This document shows positions 1 to 18,465 of a stretch of 64,000 nt of DNA, piece after piece (within the stretch, counting starts at the first letter, position 1; the number at the start of each line of letters is the position of its first letter). Made by a program: the position numbers and the translations under genes. The notes under the pieces are model-generated. The model saw nothing but the letters and a program-made list of their open reading frames with translations, made no database searches and was not told the DNA's origin. Location: assembly GCF_037042905.1 (NCBI RefSeq), contig NC_087251.1, positions 26,042,001-26,106,000 of the forward strand. Reading direction: 5' to 3'. Origin of the DNA: Lytechinus pictus. Taxonomy: Eukaryota.

Positions 1-1214
1 AAAATTAAAAAAAACGGGGGAAAAAGAAAAGGAAGGGGGAAGGAAAGGGGAAAGGGAAGGGGAAAGGGAAGGAGGAAAGGGAAAAATCAAAAGAAAACGA
101 AGAAATTATCATTTTTTTTAATGGAAAAGGAAGGAAAGCGGGAAAAGGAACGAAAGAAGAACATTTGAGAAAGAATAAATCATTCCGAAATAGGCCTATG
201 GAAAGCAATAGCATGATGGGAAATAAATTTAAAGATAACAAAATGGCAAACAATAGCGGGAAATGAAGGTAGAATGGAATTAGTCAAAAGCTAACTTGGA
301 ATACAAAGAAGAACAAGAAAAAAAAACTCTTAAAAACACGACAGGGCTGCCGAGGATTGAAGATAAAGAGCGGGAAGAAAGATGGATTGCATGCATACAA
401 CATTGTGCTATAAGCTTGCTAAATTTTATGCAAAAAAGCTACCAGGGCTTTGCCCCAGACCCGACGCAGTAGGGGCTCTTCATCTATAGGCCTAACATTC
501 AAATGGCTCTATAACGCCCCCCCTCCCCCTGTAGGGACCCTTCCTACATTAAGCTTTTCATTTAATCATCACTGGCGTACAGGCATGGGGGGGTCTTGGT
601 TCCACACCCAATGGGAAATAAAAGAAATTATAGGAGACAAAGTAATGAAACGAATGGAAACAATGAAATGTGTTATTTGCTGAATATAATGGAAAATCTA
701 TCACATAATTAGAATTTGATTTCAATAGGCAATTAATTTTTTACCAGCTCGCTTTGCTCGCTGGCGACTTTTTACAAATTTTCCCACATCGCTATGTTTT
801 GCCTTCTCAAAATATTTGGTTCATTACGCAACTGGGTTGAATAAATGTGTTGTGTAAAAGCTATATCCTGTATATACCCGCGATTTGATTAAAAATAGCG
901 ACAATCTGCGAGGTTTAAATGGCTCTGATATAAAAAAGTTCCGGGGGCTCCGCCTAGGACCCCAACCGCATAGCACTGCCGTATGTGAGTATGGTAGGGT
1001 TGGGCCATTGCCCCAAAAAGTTCTGCAAACAAGAAAAAGGAGGAAAGAAAAGCAAAGGAAAAGTGTAGGACTATGATTTTATTTACTGAATATAAAGTCA
1101 AAAATATCTCAAAGTTAGATTTTCTAGAAAAGGTGATTTTTCTCTCGCTCGCTTTGCTCGCTCGGGATTTATATTAAGTGGCTTTTTAGCACATGCGCCA
1201 TACTGCACCCCTCG

Positions 1215-2217
1215 TTTTTGTCTCACCTGCATAGCAGAGTGAGACTATAGGCGCCGCTTTTCCGACGGCGACGGCGGCGGCGGCGGCGACGGCGGCGACG
1301 GCGGCGGCGGCGGCGACGGCGACGGCGGCGTCAACACCAAATCTTAACCTGAGGTTAAGTTTTTGAAATGACAGCATAACTTAGAAAGTATATGGACCTA
1401 GTTCATGAAACTTGGCCATAAGGTTAATCAAGTATTACTGAACATCCTGCCTGAGTTTCATGTCACATGACCAAGGTCAAAGGTCATTTAGGGTCAATGA
1501 ACTTAGACCATGTTGGGGGAATCAACATCAAAATCTTAACCTAAGGTTAAGTTTTTGAAATGTCATCATAACTTAGAAAATATATGGACCTAGTTCATGA
1601 AACTTATACATAAGGTTAATCAAGTATCACTGAACATCCTGCATGAGTTTCACATCACATGACCAAGGTCAAAGGTCATTTAGGGTCAATGAACTTTGGC
1701 CGAATTGGGGGTATCTGTTGAATTACCATCATAACTTTGAAAGTTTATGGATCTGATTCATGAAACTTGGACATAATAGTAATCAAGTATTACTGAACAT
1801 CCTGTGCAAGTTTCAGGTCACATGATCAAGGTCAAAGGTCATTTAGGGTCAATGAACTTTGGCCAAATTGGGGTATTTGTTGAATTACAGCCATAAATTT
1901 GAAAGTGTGTTGGTCTAGTTCATAAAACTTGGACATAATAGTAATCAAGTATCAGTGAACATCCTGTGCGAGTTTCAGGTCACATGATCAAGGTCAAAGG
2001 TCATGTAAGGTCAAAGAACTTTGGCCACGTTGGGGGTATTTGTTGAATTGCCATCATATCTCTATAAGTGTATTGGTCTAGTTCATAAAACATGGAAATA
2101 AGAGTAACCAAGTATCACTGGACATCTTGTGCGAGTTATAGTAGTTTTCAAAATCAGCACTGCTGCTATATTGAATCGCGTGATGCAGGTGAGACGGCCA
2201 GAGGCATTCCACTTGTT
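1215..2217 (+). mobile_element. Helentron-associated/DINE-1-like non-autonomous element with central tandem repeats
   Basis: Subterminal inverted repeats GTCTCACCTGCA (1220) and TGCAGGTGAGAC (2184), an adjacent partial IR, a GGC/GAC microsatellite, four central repeats of about 162 bp and T-rich flanks. A second copy lies at 10.7-11.6 kb. Confidence 0.7.
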
Positions 2218-3044
2218 TGTTTTTTGTTTTACTCTTCACGCTACTGCCACAAAAAATCCTGTTCACAGTGGCATACAGACCACAAAAAAAGGAATGGAAA
2301 GAGAGAAGATTGAAATATATTATCTGGATATCATGTCAAAATCTATCACAAAATTGAATGTTTGTATTACAAATGTCAAAATTTTTGCTCGCTCGCTCGC
2401 AACATTTTTTTTAGAAAGATAAATTCTGCCCGATACGCAATATCTAGCCCTCTCAAAATCGTCGCCTCATTACACCATCACGCCTGTTCATACCATGATA
2501 TGACCCACTCTCACTAGTACAAGGTTAGTATGCTATATGACCGGGAAATTTTTGGCTCTTGCTTCCCCTGGCCTCCGACCCCTGTTACGCTGCTGAGCCA
2601 AGTGTGTGTCTCCATATGCACAGCTGAAGTTGAAATTTGCAGATTTTGATTAGCATTTTCAGTATCAAGACAAATCAAAACGTAGTATGTTTTCTCTTAA
2701 TTTTTTTTAATGCAATTTATTCATTAATTACTTTCATAGTATGTTGATACATGTATGGTATCAGCTCACATTTTGGAACTTCGCTCTCCAGTTATTTATA
2801 AATTCTTGCATCTATAGTTTTATAAACAACTTTATGAAACATATATGCCCAGAAATGTTATATCTCCAGTAAACCAAATGAAAATGGGACTATTGTACAA
2901 CTGTCCTTGCATTGGCAAATGATGTTCTAAGAATTACAATTAATTTGGATATTAATTTAAACCTATTATTTTACTTCCATCTTTTCATCATGTAGAAGAT
3001 GTATATGCTGTAAAATAGTGCTTAACAAAAATAATGATACATGT

Positions 3045-3310
3045 ATATAGCATTTATGAGGTGCTGATTTTCTAGTTGCCTATTCAATGGCGCACAATAT
3101 ACATGTATTACCCCGGCTTTAGCTCCAGCTGCTAAAGGTGGTTGGTGCATTCAAGGAATCAGTTCTGCTAGGTACCCATTCACCTTACCTGGGTCGAGTG
3201 CAGCACGATGTGGGTAAATTTATTACTGAAGGAAAACACGCCATGGCTGGGATTCGAACTCACGTCTCTCTGATTGATAGACGAGAGTCATAACCACTAG
3301 ACCACAACGC
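3045..3310 (-). mobile_element. tRNA-derived SINE
   Basis: Minus strand begins with Pol III A box TGGTCTAGTGG and B box GTTCGAATCC, followed by a non-tRNA body (ctcgacccagg...aatgggtacc) and an AT-rich tail. Confidence 0.75.
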
Positions 3311-5261
3311 TTCTCCTCTAATGATAGAGGATGGTTGCTTGTGGATGCATCATCAATTTCACATAAGAAGTATGCTATTTAATTTCTGAACATTCAAATA
3401 TTTTTCTTTCAAATTTCAAATTTTAATTGGTAGATTCTATTTCTTTGAGAAATCTCTGTCTTCTGCAATGCAAGCACAGCAAGCAAGACCTTCATTCCAT
3501 GTAGAATGTTTGGCTGCATTTTTTATGCACAGTGCTTATTTTAACATTCAATAATCCAAATGTGAAGGCAATTTGGTTTTCTTTTTTTTTTTTTTTTTTT
3601 TTATGTCTGTAAAAAAATGACCTCCTGATTTCGAATTTGACATTGCTTCACTATTTTTTCTTTTATTCTTTGTCACTTCCCATCTGCCGTAGTATCACAA
3701 GCTGATGTCAGTGAGCCAGAAAGCATGTGACAAGGTATTCGATTTCTACCGAGAAGCGATGACAAGGACATTATCCAAACCTTGATGAATGCACAGGATA
3801 ACTGAAATAGTTCATTGCCAGTCCTAAGACATTTTCTGACAAGAATCAAGGATTTGTGAATCTACAAGATTTGGATAAGAAAGCTTTTATGTGATCAGTT
3901 TCTGCATCCGGAAAACTTTTCCAACCTAGTTTGTATCATGTATCTTGACTTTGCTAGAGAGCATGATTGTGCCAAGACAAAGATCGGTAATATCCAGATT
4001 TTTTTTAATTTTATTGGATTAATCAAGACGGATTCATTGGAGAGCATTGTCAGAGATTCATCAAGGCTGTTCTCGAGGTCAAAATTTTCTCACCGTCTTG
4101 TCCATCTTTATCACAGCATTTCTCAAAATAGTTTTGGGAATCATTTTTATGCAAAAGTGCGTTTTTAAATCACAGTCTAAGTCTGAGCAGTTCCTCAGGT
4201 TAAGATTAAGTCCACAATAAGTCATCAGGCAAGTATCTCTGTCATAGGTATGTTTCTTTTTTAATAAAGCTAGATATTATGGTTATGGAATGGTATTGTA
4301 CCTTGGTCTTCATGTATGAAGTCAATGACTATTTTAACAATTACTTCCTTACATATGAAAAAAAATTGATGTTTTCTGCTTTGCAAATGCCTACACGTTG
4401 TTTTTATGTTAATTTTTTTTCTTTAATACCATTTCTCGTGGTTAAATTGGATTGTAATAGTCCCTTTAAATGTACATCACACACACAGCCATCAACGTTT
4501 ATTTCTCTTTTAAACTCATACTGCCCCCCAGTCCCCCGCCCTTCTTTTTTTTTCTCTCAACTTCTTCATGCAGTTTGAAAGGGTCTTTTAGCTGACCAAA
4601 CTAGAATGAAAACAGATTAGGTTGAGACCAATGTGTATATTGAAGTATTTACATTTATTATCTGTTGAACATCAGTTCCTATGAATTTCTCAAGGAATCA
4701 ATGATAAATACATTTATAAATCTAACTTAATAATTCCATTTGTATTGTTTCTTTAATGTGTGCAGTGATTGGTTAGATCTACACCACATCGCAATGTGTA
4801 GCTGCACAATAGAATGCTACCATGAGAGTGAAAACTGTGTTTATTTCTTCATGCTTTAATTGGGAATCCTAAATGACAAGATGTACCTGTTTTTGTTATG
4901 GAATTCTGCATTTTGGAGAAAACATCATTTTCATATAATTAAATTGTGAGGTTTACCAATGATTCTTTCCCATTTGGTGACCATTCCGTTTGCTAAATGA
5001 GATAAGCCCTTGGCATACCAAGGAATGGAGTGTCTAAATCCATATCAAATTTTGAAAAAAAGTAGAATTTTCTGTTTAGATGTTTGTTAGAATTGACAAT
5101 TTTAATCAACCAAAGAATGATTGCAACTTTATAGAAATCAAAATGATTGAGGGTCTGATTAAGCACTTAAGAAAGGGTCACCAATTGTTTTGTGTAACAT
5201 TACAAATAGCCTTATAAGGCACCACCACTCATAGCACCATGGCCAATCAAGTTCATTGTTG

Positions 5262-6014
5262 CATGTGGGTCTATCTCATACAGTTGGGGCATGAATTGTG
5301 TCATTTCAGCATAACTCAAGACTGATCGTACTGTAGGCCTATATTTATTGTTTGTAGGCTTTACATTTGTATTTAAGGCGTATAGTTTACTGGAAATTAG
5401 GTGCCATTTAGACTAATTTTCCATGAAGTTATTGAGCAAAACATAGAATGATGCTTTTACAGGTACACGGTGTCCATGTAGCTTTGGGATATTTTCTTTT
5501 GGTCCTGAAAGTCAAATTTTTGCAATTAGGTTGACCAACATTTGATACAATATGCACATTTACTTGTTAAATCAGGTAGCTAAACACTGCAGATTTTCTT
5601 TGCATATAATTATATTTTCAAGAGAAAATTTCAAAATTGTCACTACATGGACATCATGACAATTTTAAAATTTTCATTTGAAACTACACTGAATGCATAG
5701 GAAATCTGAGGTATTTAGCTAACTGACTTAACAAGTAAAATGTACGTATTGTTTCAAGTTTTAGTCAGCCTAATGAATTTTTAGGACAAAATGTAAATAT
5801 CCTGATGCTACATGGACTCTGTGTACACTACACAGCATTATATACTCTTTGCTTAATAACTTCATGGAAAATTAGTCTAAATGGCCCCAAATTTCCAGTA
5901 AAATGTATGGTCTTTACAAATGTAAAGCCTACAAACAAACATATAGTATAATAAGTATTGAGTTATGCTGAAATGTCACAATTTGTGCCTCAACTTCATG
6001 GAAAGACCCATGTG
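5262..6014. mobile_element. Foldback/MITE-like long inverted repeat
   Basis: Arms at about 5262-5605 and 5693-6014 are diverged reverse complements, e.g. ccatttagactaattttccatgaagttatt / aataacttcatggaaaattagtctaaatgg. Confidence 0.8.
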
Positions 6015-6629
6015 TAATTTGTTGAAAACACTGACTGGAACCATTCAGAATTATTCTTACATACCTATATGAAATTCAAAGCAATTAAACCTTTGTGTCA
6101 AGGGGCTCATGGAGGACCATGGGCAAGTCTGTCATTTATTTCACTGATAAGCAAAGTGCATACATGTTAATGTTAAACTGAATCACACCCCACTTCACCT
6201 TTGCCCAACCTAGAGAATTCAACCTAAACCCACCCTCCTTACCCTCTACTTGTTTCAAGTCTTCTTCTGCTAGCCCACAATGTTGAGCTACCCAGTATGA
6301 TCTCAAAACTTAGTTTTAGTCATCTTCAGCCCTATCATCACACTCAGACTATACTATTGTTACACCACTGCAATTGCTTGCCAGTGCACTTCTTTTCCAA
6401 ACTTGGCATATATGAAACGTCCACAGTCTTCTTCCAGTGCATTAAATGAATTAGCACCATGTATCATTCTCACCGTTGCTTTGTCTTGCATCTACATACA
6501 CAATAGTCTTTTGCTTGGGTAATGATAAAGCAACACATTTGTGTTATGTTTATTGTTGTTTGGAATCATTGAATTTGAATCGAAATTGAAGAAGAAAACT
6601 ACATAAGTACATGTAAAATGAAATTTATA

Positions 6630-12600
<5,971 letters not shown>

Positions 12601-12703
12601 GTTCAATCATCACCACATTAATAATAAATTAAATATAAATCCTGGAATAGACATAGAATGGACTTGATATGGCATGTAATGATGTATTTCAGGGATCGTC
12701 AGC

Positions 12704-12776
12704 CTTTTATAGCTCATTAGGTTACATAATGATAAACAGTGTTGACATTGTGGAGGGGAGTATCCCGAGTAAACAT
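12704..12776 (-). promoter_or_regulatory. GH1 A proximal promoter: TATA box plus block conserved with paralogue B
   Basis: TATAAAAG on the minus strand at 12704-12711. Block 12725-12776 aligns with 25821-25873 and carries WGATAA and RTAAACA sites. Confidence 0.55.
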
Positions 12777-13759
12777 CTACCTTGATCATACCTAGCCGAC
12801 ATCTTCAAAACAAACAGGCATTCTAGAATGCCGTCAAATAGCAACTCATATGATATGCAAGCAGTATTTGTGACATAATCTTGAAAACGACAATTGTTTT
12901 TGTTGTTGTAATTTAGTTGAACGTATATAAGTCTTGTCACAAAAAAGTTGATGCGCTATCCGCTCTATCGAGCTTTAATTCTTCCATGCGCTTATCGGCT
13001 ACGTTTGTGTTGGTTATTTTTTCCATAGTACAACATAAATTTAAAATACCAAAACAAAAAAACTGGACAAGAAGAAGCTTAATCCAAACGCAAACTTTCA
13101 AACTAAAGTGACCACCATATGCTTTAATTTCAATTTAATAAGAAACTACTCTCGCGATCAGCTATATTGCCTGGCTCACTCTCTTGTAGACCTGTAACAT
13201 TTCACTAATTCGCCTCCCCAAGAAGAAATCCATGTAAACCGGCAAAATAGATTTCCCGCAAAATACATAAAACGTACCATGATTTATTTAGGCCTATTGC
13301 TCTTTCCCCCTCGTTCTCGTAAGTTTATAAAGATTTAGCCTACGTATTCACACACACCCTCTCACACACACTAGAAGACCTGCTCCTGTGTGCGTGATAT
13401 AGGTTTCACCAATGCCATATTTCGATTTTCTCACAGGGACGGGGATAAACGATTGGTAATAATTCAGAAGTAATCATAGCATGGGAAAACACGTGAGATC
13501 TTCCTACATTACATAAATCCAATGATAATAAAGTTTGTCTTTCTTTTCTAAACAAGCCGCGAGGATTCAACGCGCTTGTTTGTTTGGTTTGTTTACTGAT
13601 TAGAATAAAATCCCGTAGATCTGATCAATACTTTGTTATTTACACCAATGTACTACATTTTATTTATCGTCATCATATAAAATATAAAAAATTCACAATA
13701 ACGTGGAAATCGATAAATTTACTATGTTTAGGTTGTAGCAGATGTGTAACATTCTTGGA

Positions 13760-13940
13760 TAGTGTTTCATAAAGCTGTTCGTAAGTTTAAAGCGACTTTA
13801 AGAACGACTGATGAACCTTCCTTATGTGCTTTATAATCACCAACGAACATTTAATGGTGAATATCATTTACCACAAGAAAGGATCAACAGTCGTTGCTAA
13901 AGTCGTTCTTAGCGTACGAACAGCTTTATGAAATGTCCCC
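13760..13940. mobile_element. MITE
   Basis: TIR tttcataaagctgttcgta ... tacgaacagctttatgaaa, with arms extending about 60 bp. Confidence 0.75.
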
Positions 13941-14209
13941 CTGAACTGTCAGAATTCGCTGTAGAAAACGCCCATGCACGTATTCTTTGGGTGCTTTTTC
14001 CGAGTCATGGCCCCCTGGTAGGGGAAAGGGGTGCCAAAAAGGGGAGAGAAAATAGAAAAGGTCAATGGAGGGGGTATTGAAAAAAGGAATGGAGAAAATG
14101 AAAAAGAAGAAGAAAGGGAGGAGAGGGGGAAAATTTGGAGAGAAAGAATATGAGAAAGAAAAATTAGGAAAGGAGAGAGAGGGGGGGAATCGGAGGTAAC
14201 CCTTAAATC

Positions 14210-15075
14210 GAGAGGGGCGCAAAATGTGGTCTTTTAATTAGGGGCGCTATATATTGATCATAAACTTGAGGGGTGCCATATTCACCCGAAAGTAAAGGAA
14301 CGATGAATTGCATGGTTTTGAAATAAGTGGCTCCAAATAAACTTAATATAGGAGGAACCAATTTGTTGTTAAACTCGGGGGCACCATGGACTTAAAATTA
14401 CGGGGCGCCAAAATGATCCGTAAGTATAAGGAGGCGCCAAAATGAAGGTGCTAAAATTGACCTAAAACTCGGGGCGCCAAATTTGTCTTAAACTATCGCC
14501 ATGTTGATTTTTAACTAGACGGGGCCAACATGATCCCAAATTAAGGAGGCGCCAAATTGTTTTCAAAATCTTAAAGGGGAGCCCAAATAGGGGGCGTCAA
14601 GTTGAACTTAAGTTAGGGGACGCCAATTCAATCTTAAACTCGAGAGGGTGTCAAAGTGGTCTTAAACTTAGGGGGAGCCAAATTGATCTTAAACCCGGGG
14701 GCGCCTTATTGATTTAAAGTAAAAGTGCGCCAAATTTGTTCTAAAATTGTGTGCGCCAAATTAAACTTAAGTAAGGGGGCATCAAATTTACCTCAAATCT
14801 GGGTTGCCAAATTTACCTTAAGTTAGGGACGCCAATTCGTCCTTAAACTCGGAGAGGGCGCCAAAATTTTCTTAAATTACCGGGGGCACATTATCAACCT
14901 TCACGTTATTTGCGCGATATTTATCTTGAATTTGGGACATTCAAATTTACCCATAAGTGAGTAGGTACCTTATTGCTTAAAATTAGGGGCCCTAATTTGA
15001 CCTAAAATAGGCGCCAAATTGACCTTAAGTCAAGGGGTGCCATTGTCTTAGAATTCGGGGCGCCAACTTATCCTA
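14210..15075. repeat. Degenerate minisatellite of about 28-30 bp (ggggcgccaaattgaccttaaact-like)
   Basis: GGCGCC-type core recurs about every 30 bp; preceded by a purine-rich tract at 14030-14200. Confidence 0.8.
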
Positions 15076-15500
15076 AACACGACGCCACCTACTCTTGTAT
15101 TCCGACACCCTCTGACTGCACATTTCGGGCACCCAATTTTCCCCTTCACATTTGTACAGACAGCATTTTCATTTGGTGATTGGTCTTTTTTAAATGTATT
15201 TTCATCTCTGTATGTATTTTTCGTTATAGGAGAGGTGTGTTCGAATTCCGCTTATTCTATCGAATATTCGTTAGTGGCAATCTTTCATCGCGCAAATAAC
15301 GACAATTTTTCTTATAAAAAATATATAAATGTCTTTAACGGGATAATTCTAAAATAAGCAAAAGTTAAGTTTGTGATCTCTGATAATCTGTGGTGTTTAT
15401 TTTGATTGAAGGATAGTGAAAAGTTCTCAATATTGAAGTGACGTTCAAATTGTCTTGGTACCAATGCTTGTGGATTAACAGCGTTGAACTTTTTTATCCT

Positions 15501-16255
15501 TATGGAAGCGTAAAGTGCCAAACTACAGAAGCCTTTAAGTGCCAACCACATCACGAGATAAGACAAGAAAACAGATTAAGTGACGAGAAGACGGGTTGTT
15601 GGAACTCGACAGGTTGACTTGTTTGGGCTAGAAGACAATGTTATGAGTTGTTGAAACTTAGCAACTCGACTTGTTTGAGGAAAGATGACAAAAATACAAG
15701 TTGATGAATTTCTTCAAGTCGACTTGCCTAGTTCTAACTATTCGTCACCTAGTCTTCTTTCCCAAACAATCGACTTTTCAAGTTTCAATAACTCGTCATT
15801 TTGTCTTCTTTTCCAAAAACAAGTTGACTTGGCGATTTCCAACAGCTCGTCGTATCGTCATTAAACTCGTTTTCTAGTTTTCTTATCTCGTCATCTGGCT
15901 GGCAGTTATAAGCTTCCGTACAAACAGATGACGATATGAGGAGAAAAAAGAAGGGTTAAAAGACAAAAAAGGCTAGTTGATGGAACTCGGCAGATCGACT
16001 TGTTTCGGACAAGATGAAGAGTTGTTGAAACTGACAAAGTAGACTGGTTTGGAACAAGAGGACGAGTTGTTGACATGTAATGGCATTATTTAGTCGATTT
16101 GTCTTCATTTCACAAACAAATTCACTCTCCCAGTTCCAACGTGTTGTCATTTTATCTTCTTGTCCCAAACAAGTGACAAGTCGACCTGCCGAATTCCAAC
16201 AGATCGCCTAGCTTTTATTCTTGCCTCATCTGGTTGACACTGATACGCTTCCGTA
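15501..16255. mobile_element. Nested pair of foldback elements with TACGGAAGC...GCTTCCGTA-type ends
   Basis: Inner copy 15524-15920 is flanked by direct repeat CAAAC and interrupts the left TIR of the outer copy; internal repeats of aactcgac..gtcgacttgttt. Confidence 0.7.
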
Positions 16256-17391
16256 AATGATGGTTAAGACCGACGGGGATGGGTACAATCGATGATGAAT
16301 TAAAATATTTTTATAATACCTATGTTCGTGGAAAACTCAATGAAATCTATTTGAACGGGCGCTTCGAATAGCTCAATTATAGCACTTGTATTCTTTAAAC
16401 AATAATATCATGTGAATGAGCCCGCTATATTGCCAACTCTGTTGATTCAAATGACACTATCCCCAATTTGCATTCTTTTACATGTTGAGCTCAATCTTCA
16501 TCTATTTCGTTATCCACCCCCTCCTCTTTCTCTCTGTCTCCCTCTCCTACAATATTGGTTTAGTTTCTCCTCAAACAATCACAAAATATCTTTTAATTGA
16601 CCAACAGATCTGTAAGGAACATGACCAGTCAAACGTATAGTATATAGTTATTTGTAGTGACATTTTTATGCATTTTCTTACGAAATTGATGATAGATACC
16701 AAGTGATCATTGTATTTTATCATGAAACTTATCTTGCTATGGTAATCATAGTTTACTTGCATCATTTCCAGACTTACCAAATATACTTGTAGCTTATTAA
16801 ATCATTTACCATGCTCACAGCCAGTGGGATATGACAAACCCCTCCCCATCTTTAGATTAATGTTATCAATCGAAAGAATATTTGAAAAATTAAAGGTGAA
16901 CGCACAGCTCATAGCTTCGTAAACAACAAGTCCAGTTTAAGAGGCATTCTCATTGACTAACAGCAGGACTGGTATATTGGTATTTGAGGGCTCACCCTAT
17001 CCCCAAACGAAAATCAATTAAATCGGTGAGACTACATCATGTTAACATTATGCCATCGTCTAAACTGTACTAGTTGTGAATCCGAAAGCCTTTCAAAAAA
17101 GCATATCGAGTACTACTCATCATAAGAGTAATTAGGCCTAATCAGCATTTTCAACAACAAAATGTCCTCGAGTTTACTTTGAATGGACTTTAAATCTACA
17201 CAGAGCTCTATTAATGATATGGCTGCATGACAATGAATCCATTGTGCATTATTATGATGGATGTGTATTATGTCGAGGAGGAAGAAAATCCCAGATTCTT
17301 GATATTTCATAATCACATAATGTGACATAAATTTTATGAACAGAAGGTGGCGATTTACTCCAAATGTACCTTGTCTACAGTTACCCAGTGG

Positions 17392-17615
17392 GGTGACACG
17401 ACGTCATTTCCTCCTGTGAGAAATGCCCCGGGCTAGCTTAATTTCGTCTAAGATGCAGGGTTGGGGTTAGGGCTGCATGCAATATGGTTTTATTTTAGGT
17501 TTAGTGTTAGGTTCAGGGTAGAGTATATTGTTAAACCCAGGGTTGAAGTTGGTCGTTTGATTAGTGTGAGGAATTTACAGCAGAGCAATTATTGCCAGAG
17601 CAAATGTCATGGAAT
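17392..17615 (+). repeat. Interspersed repeat with TTAGGG-like core
   Basis: Reverse-complement homologue at about 63768-63970 (shared ttcgtctaagatg, aaacccagg.ttgaagttggtc, tgattagtgtg, aatgtcatggaa). Confidence 0.7.
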
Positions 17616-18202
17616 CAAGTGGTGGGTGATGCGGCACGAATGCGTACGAATTCATGAATTCCATTTTCAAAGACCCGACTATTGTTTCATGTGATGAAGC
17701 AACAAGTCAGTTATATTCTCTGACTATATATATTTCTGCGCCAATCAGATGTGTAGATTTCAGTAGATTACAAGAGTTGTCGGTGAAAATTAGCGACTAT
17801 TTGTTTCTTGAAAAGCTCCCCGGTGGCAGGAACGCCGGGTCGTTGTTGCCCTAGCTGTTTCGTATATAACATCATTTGCTACTTCTTGACAATAAGTGGA
17901 ATAAAGTGTGATCTATCTTCTAAATAATGAATATCATCATTTCATGATCAACGATCGATTCCTATCGGGCGAATGTCGTTATAGGTGCCACAATCGCTTT
18001 CGAAATCAGGACTGAACGTACGTTCGGACAGTAAGAAAATGTAATCACTACAAATTATAGACTCAATCCACCCTGCCAGTTATATTTATACCATTATACC
18101 TATAGTTTTCTACCTATTGTCTCAGTTCGTTAGTTCCTTTCCCCCTTTTATAAATAAGTGTGGAAACAGTGGAAAAATTACAGAGAAACTCGATTAAAAT
18201 TA

Positions 18203-18465
18203 TCACAAAAACAATTTATAAATCAAGGCAGAAAGACAGATGACGAGCGGTGTAGCTTGAAGGTGTTGCGCTGATGAAAATCCATTGTACGCTACGATTC
18301 CTGTCAGCCACTCTGCAGATTTTTTCTGCGTTCGGCGTCGATCAGGATCCTCAAAATCAACGTAATGAAGTCCGAAGCGCTGACTGTAACCGGAAGTCCA
18401 CTCAAAGTTGTCCATGAGTGACCAAGCAAAATAGCCAACGAGGTTCACACCATCATACATTTGAG
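18203..18465 (-). CDS. GH1 paralogue B exon 5 (terminal)
   Basis: aag|[24 protein letters not shown]...LIYKLFL-stop. Confidence 0.93.

Noticed and set aside
5..253. Phe/Pro/Ser-rich or Lys/Glu-rich ORFs (also 13926-14222, 27748-28090, 33837-34367)
   Set aside because: Translations of low-complexity purine/pyrimidine tracts.
3235..3310. tRNA-like sequence
   Set aside because: A and B boxes are present, but it runs into a SINE body and I could not fold a complete cloverleaf; called as a SINE head rather than a tRNA gene.
5262..6014. Long hairpin as a 3' UTR structure of GH1 A
   Set aside because: AATAAA signals on the minus strand at about 6549-6554 and 6135-6140 precede it, so the mRNA probably ends before the hairpin. 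This cannot be settled without transcript data.
14210..15075. Short repeats with variable intervening sequence, superficially CRISPR-like
   Set aside because: Repeats are degenerate, the intervening segments resemble one another, there are no cas genes and the context is eukaryotic; it is a minisatellite.
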